From Candidatus Bathyarchaeota archaeon (GTDB taxonomy: Archaea > Thermoproteota > Bathyarchaeia > Bathyarchaeales > Bathycorpusculaceae), in NCBI GenBank assembly GCA_963826715.1, contig CAWGYA010000005.1, forward strand, positions 64,001 through 128,000: 64,000 bases of DNA. Reading direction: 5' to 3'. The position numbers and the translations under genes were made by a program. How positions within the stretch are numbered: the stretch's first letter is position 1; each line of letters opens with the position of its first letter. Under the pieces are notes generated by a model, which ran no database searches, had not been told where the DNA came from, and was given only the letters and a program-made list of their open reading frames with translations. Below are positions 41,236 through 50,533 of the stretch, piece after piece.

Positions 41236-41357
41236 AATGCTACCTCTTTTGAGCAAACCTGACCTACACAAAACACCCATCATATTAACATTATCAACCC
41301 AATTAAGTTGATAATCTGTATCCTACTTCTGCGCATAACCCCCAATTGATTGCTATG
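41236..41357 (+). repeat. Diverged direct repeat, copy B (leader of the terminase operon)
   Basis: AATGCTACCT..CATATTAACATTATCAACCCAA..TTCTGCGCATAACCCCCAATTGATTGCTATG; ends at ATG 41355. Confidence 0.65.
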
Positions 41358-41492
41358 CAAGAAAGCACAAAACAGAAACACGAATTCAAAAGATACCAAA
41401 TAGAAGCAGTTTTTATTTTACAGCTAAAAATTCTCAACGAGCAAGCACCCAAAATTATCCAAACATTATTCAGCAGAGGCCAAAAAACATGA
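41355..41492 (+). CDS. Small 45 aa ORF heading the terminase operon
   Basis: MQESTKQKHEFKRYQIEAVFYLQLKILNEQAPKIIQTLFSRGQKT; ATGA overlap with 41489. Confidence 0.5.
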   Translation: MQESTKQKHEFKRYQIEAVFILQLKILNEQAPKIIQTLFSRGQKT

Positions 41493-41949
41493 CAAAAGGC
41501 AAACCCTGGGCAATCGAAGACGAAAAAAACCTCAAAGACTGGTTAAAGATGGGTGTTAGCCTTGAATCATTAGTCTTCAGTTTCGAGGGAAAATATTCAA
41601 AAAATGCTATTTACCAAAAAATGACAGATTTAGAGTTGAAAGAAGAAGAAGAAGCAACCCCCCACCGAAGTCTTCTTCTTCTTTTGAAATGACACTGTCT
41701 TTGCCAGAAGACCTGCCAAGTGTTGAAACAGCTCTAAAAACACTCAGTGCAGCCCTAAAACTACTTGAAACCCCGCAACTGGAAAAAACTGAAACCCTTC
41801 GCTTAAAAACAATCATACATGGCGTAAAAATCTACAAAGAACTCTTCGAAGACTACGTTGACTATCGCGGTCTTGAGGAGGAACTCTCAGAGGCGAACAA
41901 AAAATATGCCGAGATTGTCAAAAAAATGCAGAACGCTCAATCCAAGTAG
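41489..41949 (+). pseudogene. Putative terminase small subunit (HTH + helical), split by a -1 shift at a C6 tract
   Basis: KGKPWAIEDEKNL..SKNAIYQK Myb/HTH-like half (41489-41692); -1 frame PKSSSSFEMTLSLPEDLPSVE continues to 41949; directly upstream of TerL. Could also be two coupled genes (ATGA overlap). Confidence 0.55.
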
Positions 41950-43351
41950 CCTCTTCAAAGAAAGAATCCAACTCCAAAAAAATACAAAAGACATCCAAAC
42001 CGCCCAAGAAACACAAATCAACTCCCTCATAACCGACACAAAACGATTTTTCCAAGAAGCACTCGGCTTCACACCCTACCCATACCAAATAGAACTAGCC
42101 GACCTCTTCGAGAAAAACCAATTTTTAGCCATACGATGGCCAAGACAAACAGGCAAAAGCTTCACCGTCTCAGCTCTACTTCTAAAATACGCCTGGGAAC
42201 ATCCAAACAGCACCATAGCCATCGTAGGACCAAGCTGGAGACAAACCAAACTAAACCTAAGACGCATAAGCACCTTCGCCAAAAAACTCCCCCAACAACA
42301 ACTACGCACACAAAAAACCCGCATATCACTCCCAAACGACAGCGTCATCGAAGCCTTCCCCAACAACCCCGAAACCATCAGAGGACCAACATTCCAAGTC
42401 ATATGGATCGAAGAAGCCAACTTCATCCCAAACGACGAAGAACTCTACGACTCCATCCTATTCACCCTCGGAACAACAAACGGCAAACTAATCGCAACCT
42501 CAACACCATGGAACACCGACTCACTCTTCTGGAAAATGTGCAACCACAAAGATTACCAAGACTTCGCCCAATCACACCTGCACTGGAACGACGCCCTCGA
42601 ACCCAAAGGACCACTCAAACCCGCCATTGTAGAAAAAATAAAACGCCAATTCGGCGACGACCCACAACGATGGCGACGAGAAATGGAAGCAGAATGGGCA
42701 GAAGACGAAGACACCTGGCTCCCCCAAAGCCTAATCGTTAACTGCATCGGCACAACCAAAAACTGCGACCAAGACCTCCAAGAATACAACCCAGAAAACA
42801 ACTTCGAAGGCGACTTCTTCGCAGGACTAGATCTCGCCCAAACCAAAGACTACAGCGTACTCTCAATTGTTGAAAGACAAAATGACAAACTCTTTTTACG
42901 CCACCTCAAAATTTTCCAACAACCAACCCTCTACGCCCAAGTCTTAGGCTACCTAAAAACCCTACAAGACCGCTGGGGCGGATTCCAAAAAATCCGCATA
43001 GACTACACACGCGAAGGTCCAAGCATCATAGCTGATATGACAACAGCCGGCATAGACAACCCTGAAGGCGTAAACTTTAGTGTACCCAGAAAAAGCGAGA
43101 TGGCAAGCCTACTCAAACAACGCATGCTAAACAAACAATTCTTCTACCCCCTGCTCAACTGGGAAAGACCCTACCGAGGCGACATCTGCACAGAACTAAA
43201 CATAGAACGCTTCGACCTACGAAAAGACGGCACCATAGGCTACTCACACCCACACGGCACCCACGACGACGTATTCTGGAGCATAGCCCTAGCCGTATAC
43301 GCCACAGTTGAGATGGCACCCGAACCATTTCTAACAATCATCCCAAGGTGA
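41906..43351 (+). CDS. terL: Terminase large subunit
   Basis: PYPYQ adenine motif, Walker A PRQTGKS, Walker B IWIEEA, ATST coupling motif, RNaseH-like GLDLA..D and HDD. Confidence 0.9.
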   Translation: MPRLSKKCRTLNPSSLFKERIQLQKNTKDIQTAQETQINSLITDTKRFFQEALGFTPYPYQIELADLFEKNQFLAIRWPRQTGKSFTVSALLLKYAWEHPNSTIAIVGPSWRQTKLNLRRISTFAKKLPQQQLRTQKTRISLPNDSVIEAFPNNPETIRGPTFQVIWIEEANFIPNDEELYDSILFTLGTTNGKLIATSTPWNTDSLFWKMCNHKDYQDFAQSHLHWNDALEPKGPLKPAIVEKIKRQFGDDPQRWRREMEAEWAEDEDTWLPQSLIVNCIGTTKNCDQDLQEYNPENNFEGDFFAGLDLAQTKDYSVLSIVERQNDKLFLRHLKIFQQPTLYAQVLGYLKTLQDRWGGFQKIRIDYTREGPSIIADMTTAGIDNPEGVNFSVPRKSEMASLLKQRMLNKQFFYPLLNWERPYRGDICTELNIERFDLRKDGTIGYSHPHGTHDDVFWSIALAVYATVEMAPEPFLTIIPR

Positions 43352-43357
43352 CCCCAC

Positions 43358-44800
43358 ATGAGAAGACCAAACAACATCAAAATACAACAAATCAAACGAA
43401 TCTACAACCACACAGAAAACAAATTCACCTACAACATAAGCTACCAAACCCACACCAAACCAACACCAAGAACCATAGCCGTAGCAGAAGCATTCGGCTT
43501 AGGCATCGACGAAACACAAAAATTCCAAGTCCTAAATACAGAACTCAAAATCACCCCAACAGACATCGTCTACATCACAGGCGATTCAGGATCAGGCAAA
43601 AGCGTACTACTAAAAGCAATCCGATCAGACCTCGACCAAGAAGCCATAGAACTAACCGAAGTATCAATAGACCAAGACAAACCCCTAATCGAAACCATAG
43701 GCACCACAGTTGAGCAAGGCTTAGAGCTACTAAGCAAAGTAGGATTAAACGACGCCTTCCTCTTTCTACGCACATACAACCAACTCAGCGACGGCCAAAA
43801 ATACCGCTACAGAATCGCCAAACTCATCCAATCACAAAAACAATGGTGGCTCATGGACGAATTCGCTGCCTGCCTAGACCGAGACACAGCCAAAATCATC
43901 GCCTACAACCTACAAAAAATCGCCCGACAAAACGGCAAAGCAGTCATAGTAGCTACAACCCATAGCGATTTGTTTGAAGACCTAAAACCAAGCGTAATGG
44001 TTCACAAACGATTCGGAGAAGAAATACACATAGACTACTACCCAAACCAACCCGCCGCCCAATGCAGCCTAATTAAAGAGATGCAAATCGAAGAGGGAAC
44101 CAAACAGGATTGGCAAAAACTAAGCATTTTCCACTACCGAGGACACAAAACATCAGTTCCACGAAAAATCTTTCGAATAACAAGAAAAGACGAACTCTGC
44201 GGAGTTATCGTGTACTGTTATTCTCCACCAGCCTGCTACGGAAGACGCATGGTACTGCCAAAAATGACAATGCAACAGATAAACAATCAACTAAGCATCA
44301 TCAACCGAGTTGTTATCCACCCAAAGTACCGAACCATCGGTTTAGGCGCCAAACTAATTCAGCAAACCCTCCCCCAAACAGGCACCAAATACATAGAAAT
44401 GATCGCCGTCATGGCAAAATACAGCCCCTTTGCAGAAAAAGCAGGTATGCAAAAAATCACAGAACAAACAACAGTAGAAAGCATATCAGAAGTAATAGAC
44501 ACTCTCAAAGAGTTAGAATTTAATCTTCAACTCATCAGCAGCGACTCTTATGTCAAAGAAAAACTCTACAATCTCAAACAAACACAGATCGATAAGCTCA
44601 AAAAAGTCACCATAAAAAACAAGCATCCAAGATTCAAAAGAGAAGCAGTAGCAAATAGACATGCCCCCTACGGAAAAACCAGCGACTACATAAAATACAT
44701 CCAAAACGCAGATTATCTCATGATAGCAAAACTGATTAAAGTTCTCGCGACCCTATCCCAAACAAAAGTATACCTACTCTGGACCAAAAAACCTCAATAA
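43358..44800 (+). CDS. ABC-type ATPase fused to GNAT acetyltransferase (COG2401-like)
   Basis: GDSGSGKS, LSDGQKYR, LMDEF, ATTH; then FHYR and RVVIHPKYRTIGLG acetyl-CoA motif. Confidence 0.85.
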   Translation: MRRPNNIKIQQIKRIYNHTENKFTYNISYQTHTKPTPRTIAVAEAFGLGIDETQKFQVLNTELKITPTDIVYITGDSGSGKSVLLKAIRSDLDQEAIELTEVSIDQDKPLIETIGTTVEQGLELLSKVGLNDAFLFLRTYNQLSDGQKYRYRIAKLIQSQKQWWLMDEFAACLDRDTAKIIAYNLQKIARQNGKAVIVATTHSDLFEDLKPSVMVHKRFGEEIHIDYYPNQPAAQCSLIKEMQIEEGTKQDWQKLSIFHYRGHKTSVPRKIFRITRKDELCGVIVYCYSPPACYGRRMVLPKMTMQQINNQLSIINRVVIHPKYRTIGLGAKLIQQTLPQTGTKYIEMIAVMAKYSPFAEKAGMQKITEQTTVESISEVIDTLKELEFNLQLISSDSYVKEKLYNLKQTQIDKLKKVTIKNKHPRFKREAVANRHAPYGKTSDYIKYIQNADYLMIAKLIKVLATLSQTKVYLLWTKKPQ

Positions 44801-44939
44801 CAACACACCACAAACCAAAAAACAATCTAAACCAAATTTTGAACCTGAATTAACCCCTTGTCAAAAAGTCGTTTATGCAATAGATATTTATTTTTACAAC
44901 TATATATAACAAGCCTAACTTGGGTGGCTGGATTAAAAA

Positions 44940-45779
44940 GTGAAAATATGCATTATGGGTCTCGGCAACATAGGTTTACCTGTAGCGATTTACGCACGCG
45001 AATATTTTCCTAACGTCGTCGGCTACGACATCAACGAAAACGCGGTGACACGAGCTTTAACCAAAGGAGTCACAGCATCAACAGTTCCTGAATACGCCGA
45101 CGTGTTTGTTATCTGTGTTAACACTTACTTTAGAAATAACTTAGCTGATATGACAGCCATCGAAAGTTGCTGTCAACAAATAAGCAACCTAAACAATAAC
45201 GCATTAGTCTGCTTTGAATCAACCCTCGCAGTAGGCACCGCCAAAAAAATGGCTACAAAATACAGCCTAAAAAATACAGCGGTTTGCCCACACAGATGGT
45301 GGGAAGAAGACCAAGAAAACCATGGCGTAAAACAACTACGCGTCATAGGTGCATTCGACCACCAAGCCATGCAACAAGCCGAAGAATTTTACAAAAAACT
45401 CAAAATCCCCCTACACAAAGTTTCAACATTAGAAGTTGCAGAAGCCACAAAAATCGCCGAAAACGCCCACCGATACATCCAAATAGCCTTTGCAGAAGAA
45501 CTAAAACTCATAGCCGACAAAAACGGATTAGACTTTAACGAATGGCGAAACGCCATCAACACAAAATGGAATGTTGATCTACTCGAAGCCCGCAACGGCA
45601 TAGGCAAAGAATGCCTCCCCAAAGACACAGCATTTCTGGCAAGCATGTGCCCATGCCCCGGTATTCTAACTGGCGCAATGCAAACAAACGAAACCTACAC
45701 TCAAAATTGCGTCAAACCCCCAACAGCATCATACGAAAATGAGCCTTTGCTTACTATGCCTAAGCAGCACTCGAAATAA
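44940..45779 (+). CDS. Nucleotide-sugar dehydrogenase family, lacking the C-terminal domain
   Basis: GLGNIG, FEST, AEATKIAEN, GIGKECLPKD with catalytic Cys; only 279 aa. Confidence 0.8.
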   Translation: MKICIMGLGNIGLPVAIYAREYFPNVVGYDINENAVTRALTKGVTASTVPEYADVFVICVNTYFRNNLADMTAIESCCQQISNLNNNALVCFESTLAVGTAKKMATKYSLKNTAVCPHRWWEEDQENHGVKQLRVIGAFDHQAMQQAEEFYKKLKIPLHKVSTLEVAEATKIAENAHRYIQIAFAEELKLIADKNGLDFNEWRNAINTKWNVDLLEARNGIGKECLPKDTAFLASMCPCPGILTGAMQTNETYTQNCVKPPTASYENEPLLTMPKQHSK

Positions 45780-45791
45780 GCTGGTACTGCA

Positions 45792-47024
45792 ATGCAACAC
45801 AAAAAAGTAATCATCGCAACCATAATTTGTGCTGTTATTCTTGTGTTGCTATATCGACTCTCACACATTTACAACCCCGCCCTTTTCGTCTACGCAATAG
45901 GCACCTCAACAGTGCTAGGGTTAGTTCTCACCTTATCAGTCAAATACAAATCAGTCCCAGTCGACCCAAACTACCAACCCAAAGTAAGCATAGTCCTCGC
46001 TGTTTTCAACGAACCCTTAGAAGTTCTCAAAAAAGTAATAGACTCCACACTAAACGCAAAATACCCCCAAGACAAAAAAGAAATCATCGTCGTCGACGAC
46101 GGAAGCGCCAACGACTCAGTAAAACAACTCAGCAAACTCATAGATCCAAACCAAGTCAAACTCATCTACTTCGAGAAAAACCGCGGCAACAAATTCGCAC
46201 GAATGGAAGGCATCCGCGCCTCAACAGGCGAAATCCTGGTCTTCTTAGACTCTGACACCACACTCGACGAAAACTCACTACTAAACATCGTAGCCCCATT
46301 CAAAAACCCCAAAGTAGGTTCAGTAAGCGGCCACTTAACCGTACAAAACTGGAGCAAAAACCTACTCACCAAATTCCAAGAAGTCTGGTACTTCATCGGC
46401 TTCCGCGTCTACAGAGGCGCTGAATCCGAAATCGGAATGGTCTCCTGCTGCGCAGGCGCCTTTTCAGCACACCGCCGAGCAGCAATTACAACCCAAATAG
46501 AACACGAATGGCTCTACGGCAAATTTATGGGCTTAGAAGTAACCGCAGGCGTCGACCGCGCCATAACAAACTTAATCATCCGAGAAGGCTACGACGCAGT
46601 CTACCAAATGGACGCAGTCGCCCAAACAGAAGTCCCAGAAACCACCAAAAAATTCCTAAACCAACAAGTCAGATGGACAAAAAGCTGGATACGCGAAACA
46701 CTATACATGATGACCTTTGCATACAAACGAAAATCAAAAAGCATCTTCTTCTACCTCAGCACACTTGTGCACTTTGTTAACTATGCCTTTTTAGTCTTCA
46801 TGCTCTACCTTTGCCCCTTCCTCATCCAAGACGGATGGATGGGCACAGTATTTTACCTATTCAGCCTATCCCTACTAGGACTACTCTACGCCCTCTACGC
46901 AAGAAAACACACGCACGCATGGACTTCACGCATTACATTCCAACTCATATTCTCTGTCATAAGCGTCCCCATCTTCATCTACAGCCTCTTCACTTTGAAA
47001 AACAAAAAATGGGGCACCCGATAA
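45792..47024 (+). CDS. Processive GT2, hyaluronan synthase/NodC-like
   Basis: DDGS, FLDSDT, CCAGAFSAHR, KFMG..TAGVDRAITN, QQVRWTKSWIRE; N- and C-terminal TMs. Confidence 0.85.
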   Translation: MQHKKVIIATIICAVILVLLYRLSHIYNPALFVYAIGTSTVLGLVLTLSVKYKSVPVDPNYQPKVSIVLAVFNEPLEVLKKVIDSTLNAKYPQDKKEIIVVDDGSANDSVKQLSKLIDPNQVKLIYFEKNRGNKFARMEGIRASTGEILVFLDSDTTLDENSLLNIVAPFKNPKVGSVSGHLTVQNWSKNLLTKFQEVWYFIGFRVYRGAESEIGMVSCCAGAFSAHRRAAITTQIEHEWLYGKFMGLEVTAGVDRAITNLIIREGYDAVYQMDAVAQTEVPETTKKFLNQQVRWTKSWIRETLYMMTFAYKRKSKSIFFYLSTLVHFVNYAFLVFMLYLCPFLIQDGWMGTVFYLFSLSLLGLLYALYARKHTHAWTSRITFQLIFSVISVPIFIYSLFTLKNKKWGTR

Positions 47025-47122
47025 CAAAACTAACTACCAGTTGGACAAATACACCTAAAAACCAAAAGTGATAAACACACCAACAGTTAACTTACAAAGA
47101 CAATCGACTGGATGAATCAGAA

Positions 47123-48715
47123 ATGAGCAAAGCTACCGAAATGGCAAAGGTTTCAGCGAAAGGTAGCGTAAACGTCCTATTCGGGCTTGTTGTATCAACC
47201 CTCATCTCAGCCATCGGCACCATCCTCATCGCCCGATTTTTAGGCGAAGACAACATGGGACTCTACACAATCGCCCTAGCCGCACCCAACCTCATCGTAA
47301 CATTCAGAGACTGGGGCGTAACCACAGCTATGGTTAAATATTCAGCCCAATACAACAGCGAAAACGACATAACAAAAATACGCAGCATCTTCGTCTCAGG
47401 ACTCGCCTTCGAAATCATTGTCGGAGTAGCACTAACAATTGTCTCCATTGCCCTATCAGGATTTCTAGCAAACCTATTTTCACGACCCGCCATAGCACAG
47501 CTAATCCAAATCTCTTCACTATTCATCTTAACAGGCGCATTAGTCAACACCGCCACAGCCGCCTTCACCGGCATGGAACGCATGCACCTCAACAGCGTCA
47601 TGATGATTACCCAAGCAGTAATCAAAACAGGCTTGATACTAGCCCTGGTACTCTTCGGCCTAGGAACATTCGGCGCAGTGGCAGGCAACACAATCGCAAT
47701 CCTAATCGCCGGCATAGTCGGCGTCTTGCTCATGTTCACCATATACCGAACACTACCCAAATCAAATAACAACAAATTAGAATTACTAAAAACCATCAAA
47801 ACAATGCTACGCTACGGACTACCCCTCTCGATAGGCGTAATCATCACAGGCTTCCTAACCACATACTACAACTACATAATGGCATATTTTGTCACTGACA
47901 ACGCAGCCATCGGAAACTACTCAGTCGCAGCAAACTTCATAATTTTAATTACCTTCTTCGCAACACCAGTAACCACCATGCTGCTCCCAGCTTTCTCCAA
48001 ACTAGATTACAGAAAACAACCCGACCTTCTCAAAAACGTCTTCCAATACTCAGTAAAATATGCAGCACTCCTAGTTATGCCCGTGGCAGTAATGGTCATG
48101 GCTCTCGCCCAACCCGCCATCAGCACAATATTCCAAGAAACCTACACCCAAGCACCCATCTACCTCGCCCTACTATCAGCAACTTACCTTTTAGCAGCAC
48201 TAGGCAATTTAAGCATCCCAAACCTGATCAACAGTCAAGGCGACACAAAATACAGCCTAAAACTATCCATACTCACCGTATTAGTAGGCTTCCCACTAAG
48301 CTTCATCTTAGTATCCCAGTTCGGCATAATCGGTTTAATATTTACAACAATAATTGCCGGTCTCCCAAGTTTATTCTTAGGATTACGTTTCCTAAAACAA
48401 CGCTACGGAGTATCAATCAACTGGGCATCCTCGATAAAAATCTCACTATCATCAGCAATAGCTGGTATACTAACCTTTTTTATAGCCACCAATCTACCTT
48501 TCAGCAGCCCCATACGACTAATCATCGGAGCAGTTCTATTCTTAGCCATTTTCATGGTTGCAATAATACTTACCAGAAGCTTAGATAGAGCCGACATGCA
48601 TAACATTCGAGAAATCGTAAGTGGACTAGGCCCACTCAATAAACCCTTAACTATAATCGTTAACCTGATTGAAAAATTAATGCCAAAACAAAAAACCCCC
48701 AAAACCTCAACCTAA
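47123..48715 (+). CDS. Wzx/MOP-family flippase
   Basis: About 14 TMs; ARFLGEDNMGLY, DWGVTTAMVKY, IGNYSVA, LLPAFSK. Confidence 0.88.
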   Translation: MSKATEMAKVSAKGSVNVLFGLVVSTLISAIGTILIARFLGEDNMGLYTIALAAPNLIVTFRDWGVTTAMVKYSAQYNSENDITKIRSIFVSGLAFEIIVGVALTIVSIALSGFLANLFSRPAIAQLIQISSLFILTGALVNTATAAFTGMERMHLNSVMMITQAVIKTGLILALVLFGLGTFGAVAGNTIAILIAGIVGVLLMFTIYRTLPKSNNNKLELLKTIKTMLRYGLPLSIGVIITGFLTTYYNYIMAYFVTDNAAIGNYSVAANFIILITFFATPVTTMLLPAFSKLDYRKQPDLLKNVFQYSVKYAALLVMPVAVMVMALAQPAISTIFQETYTQAPIYLALLSATYLLAALGNLSIPNLINSQGDTKYSLKLSILTVLVGFPLSFILVSQFGIIGLIFTTIIAGLPSLFLGLRFLKQRYGVSINWASSIKISLSSAIAGILTFFIATNLPFSSPIRLIIGAVLFLAIFMVAIILTRSLDRADMHNIREIVSGLGPLNKPLTIIVNLIEKLMPKQKTPKTST

Positions 48716-48900
48716 AAACATTAAATTGCATCCAATTTCGATTAAATAAAAACAGAAAAAATTGCTAAATTTACACTAACTCTCGGCTCAAAAAACGCAC
48801 CAAAAAATTCAAACGCCACCGCAAAATCAGAACCCCAAATACACAAATTTTTAGTACAGGCGCTATAGCATTATTAAGATGCATTGCTTTGGGGAATGAT

Positions 48901-49959
48901 ATGAAAGCGCTTGTTCTCAGCGGCGGAAAAGGAACACGACTTCGCCCTTTAACATTTACCTGTGCCAAACAATTAATACCTGTGGCAAATAAACCCATTT
49001 TAGGCTACGTTCTCGACCAAATTGAAGCCACCACCATAAAAAAGGTAGGCATAATCACTGCACCTGAAACTGGACATTTCGTTGAAACCTACGTCGGAGA
49101 CGGCAAAGACTGGCAACTAAACGTATGCTATATCCCCCAACAACCTCTGGGACTAGCACACGCTGTAAAAACAGCCAAAAAATTTCTTGGAAAAGATTCT
49201 TTTGTTATGTGTCTAGGCGACAACGTCACAGGACAGGGCTTACAGGGGTTTATCAAAAAATTTAAAACAGAAAAATTAGACGCCCTCATAATCCTCAAAG
49301 AAGTCGAGAACCCCTCAAGCTTCGGCATCGCCAAACTCGACGAACAAGGCAACATTATCAAACTTTTCGAGAAACCAAAAACACCCATGGGAAACCTCGC
49401 AATCATAGGCACCTACCTCTTTTCAAACAAAGTCCACGACGCTATCGAACGAATAAAACCATCTTGGAGAGGAGAACTGGAAATCACCGACGCCATCCAA
49501 GAAATGATAAACATGGGCTTCACTGTCAAAGCAGAAATCCTAAATTCCTGGTGGCTAGACACCGGAAAGAAAGATGACATACTTTCCGCCAACGCCAAAA
49601 TCCTCGACGAATACATCCAACGAGATATCAAAGGCTCAGTCACAGGCAGCGTAGTAGACGGTCGAGTTAAAGTAGCGGCAGAATCAAAAATCATCAACAG
49701 CACCATCCGCGGTCCTTGCGTAATCGGCAAAAACGTCATGATAGAGAACTCCTTCATAGGCCCCTACACAAGTATTGGTGACGGATCCTCAATTAGCAAC
49801 TCTAACATCGAATACTGCGTAATTCAAGACTGCGTATTAATCAAAGATATTGAGCGATTAGAAGACAGTTTAATCGGAAAAAACGCAAAAGTAACCCGTA
49901 ACAACAGAAACCGCACATTGAAGTTGCATGTCGGCGAATACTCGGAGCTTGAAGTTTAG
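48901..49959 (+). CDS. rmlA: Glucose-1-phosphate thymidylyltransferase (long form)
   Basis: LSGGKGTRLRPLT..KQLIPVANKP, PSWRGELEITD, WLDTG. Confidence 0.92.
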   Translation: MKALVLSGGKGTRLRPLTFTCAKQLIPVANKPILGYVLDQIEATTIKKVGIITAPETGHFVETYVGDGKDWQLNVCYIPQQPLGLAHAVKTAKKFLGKDSFVMCLGDNVTGQGLQGFIKKFKTEKLDALIILKEVENPSSFGIAKLDEQGNIIKLFEKPKTPMGNLAIIGTYLFSNKVHDAIERIKPSWRGELEITDAIQEMINMGFTVKAEILNSWWLDTGKKDDILSANAKILDEYIQRDIKGSVTGSVVDGRVKVAAESKIINSTIRGPCVIGKNVMIENSFIGPYTSIGDGSSISNSNIEYCVIQDCVLIKDIERLEDSLIGKNAKVTRNNRNRTLKLHVGEYSELEV

Positions 49960-50019
49960 CGAAAAAAGAGAACATTATATAAACATTTTCAAATGATATC
50001 TTTGTGGCGGAAAATTACT

Positions 50020-50523
50020 ATGTTAAATGGCGTAAGAATTAAATCGATAAAACGGTTACCTGACGAACGCGGCTTTTTCTGCGAAGCAATGCGAACAGAC
50101 TGGACAGACCTATTCGACCAAGACATCATAGCACAAGCCAATTTCTCCTTCACTTACCCAAATATTATTCGCGCATGGCACCGCCACCTAAGAGGACAAG
50201 TAGACTATTTTTTAGCACTAAAAGGAACAATCAAAATCTGTGCCTTCGACGAAAAAACCCAAGAACTCAACGAAATAGTTTCAACTGGCACAGATCTGCA
50301 AATAGTTCGGATTCCAGGACACTACTGGCATGGCTTTAAAGCAGTAGGCAATGAACCCGCCATGCTAATATATTTCACCACAAACCTCTACGACCCAAAA
50401 AACCCCGACGAAGAACGCCGAGACTGGAATGACCCAACACTCATCCCAAAAATCATCAACGGTAAAACATCAAATCCACGTGTTGGCAAAAACTGGGACT
50501 GGAACTATCCACCCCACAAGTGA
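50020..50523 (+). CDS. rmlC: dTDP-4-dehydrorhamnose 3,5-epimerase
   Basis: DERGFF, IRAWHRH, IPGHYWHGF. Confidence 0.9.
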   Translation: MLNGVRIKSIKRLPDERGFFCEAMRTDWTDLFDQDIIAQANFSFTYPNIIRAWHRHLRGQVDYFLALKGTIKICAFDEKTQELNEIVSTGTDLQIVRIPGHYWHGFKAVGNEPAMLIYFTTNLYDPKNPDEERRDWNDPTLIPKIINGKTSNPRVGKNWDWNYPPHK

Positions 50524-50533
50524 GTGATAAACT

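Noticed and set aside
12576-44800. One continuous 32 kb intact provirus
   Set aside because: The intervening genes are cellular, and no capsid, portal, integrase or att repeats were seen.
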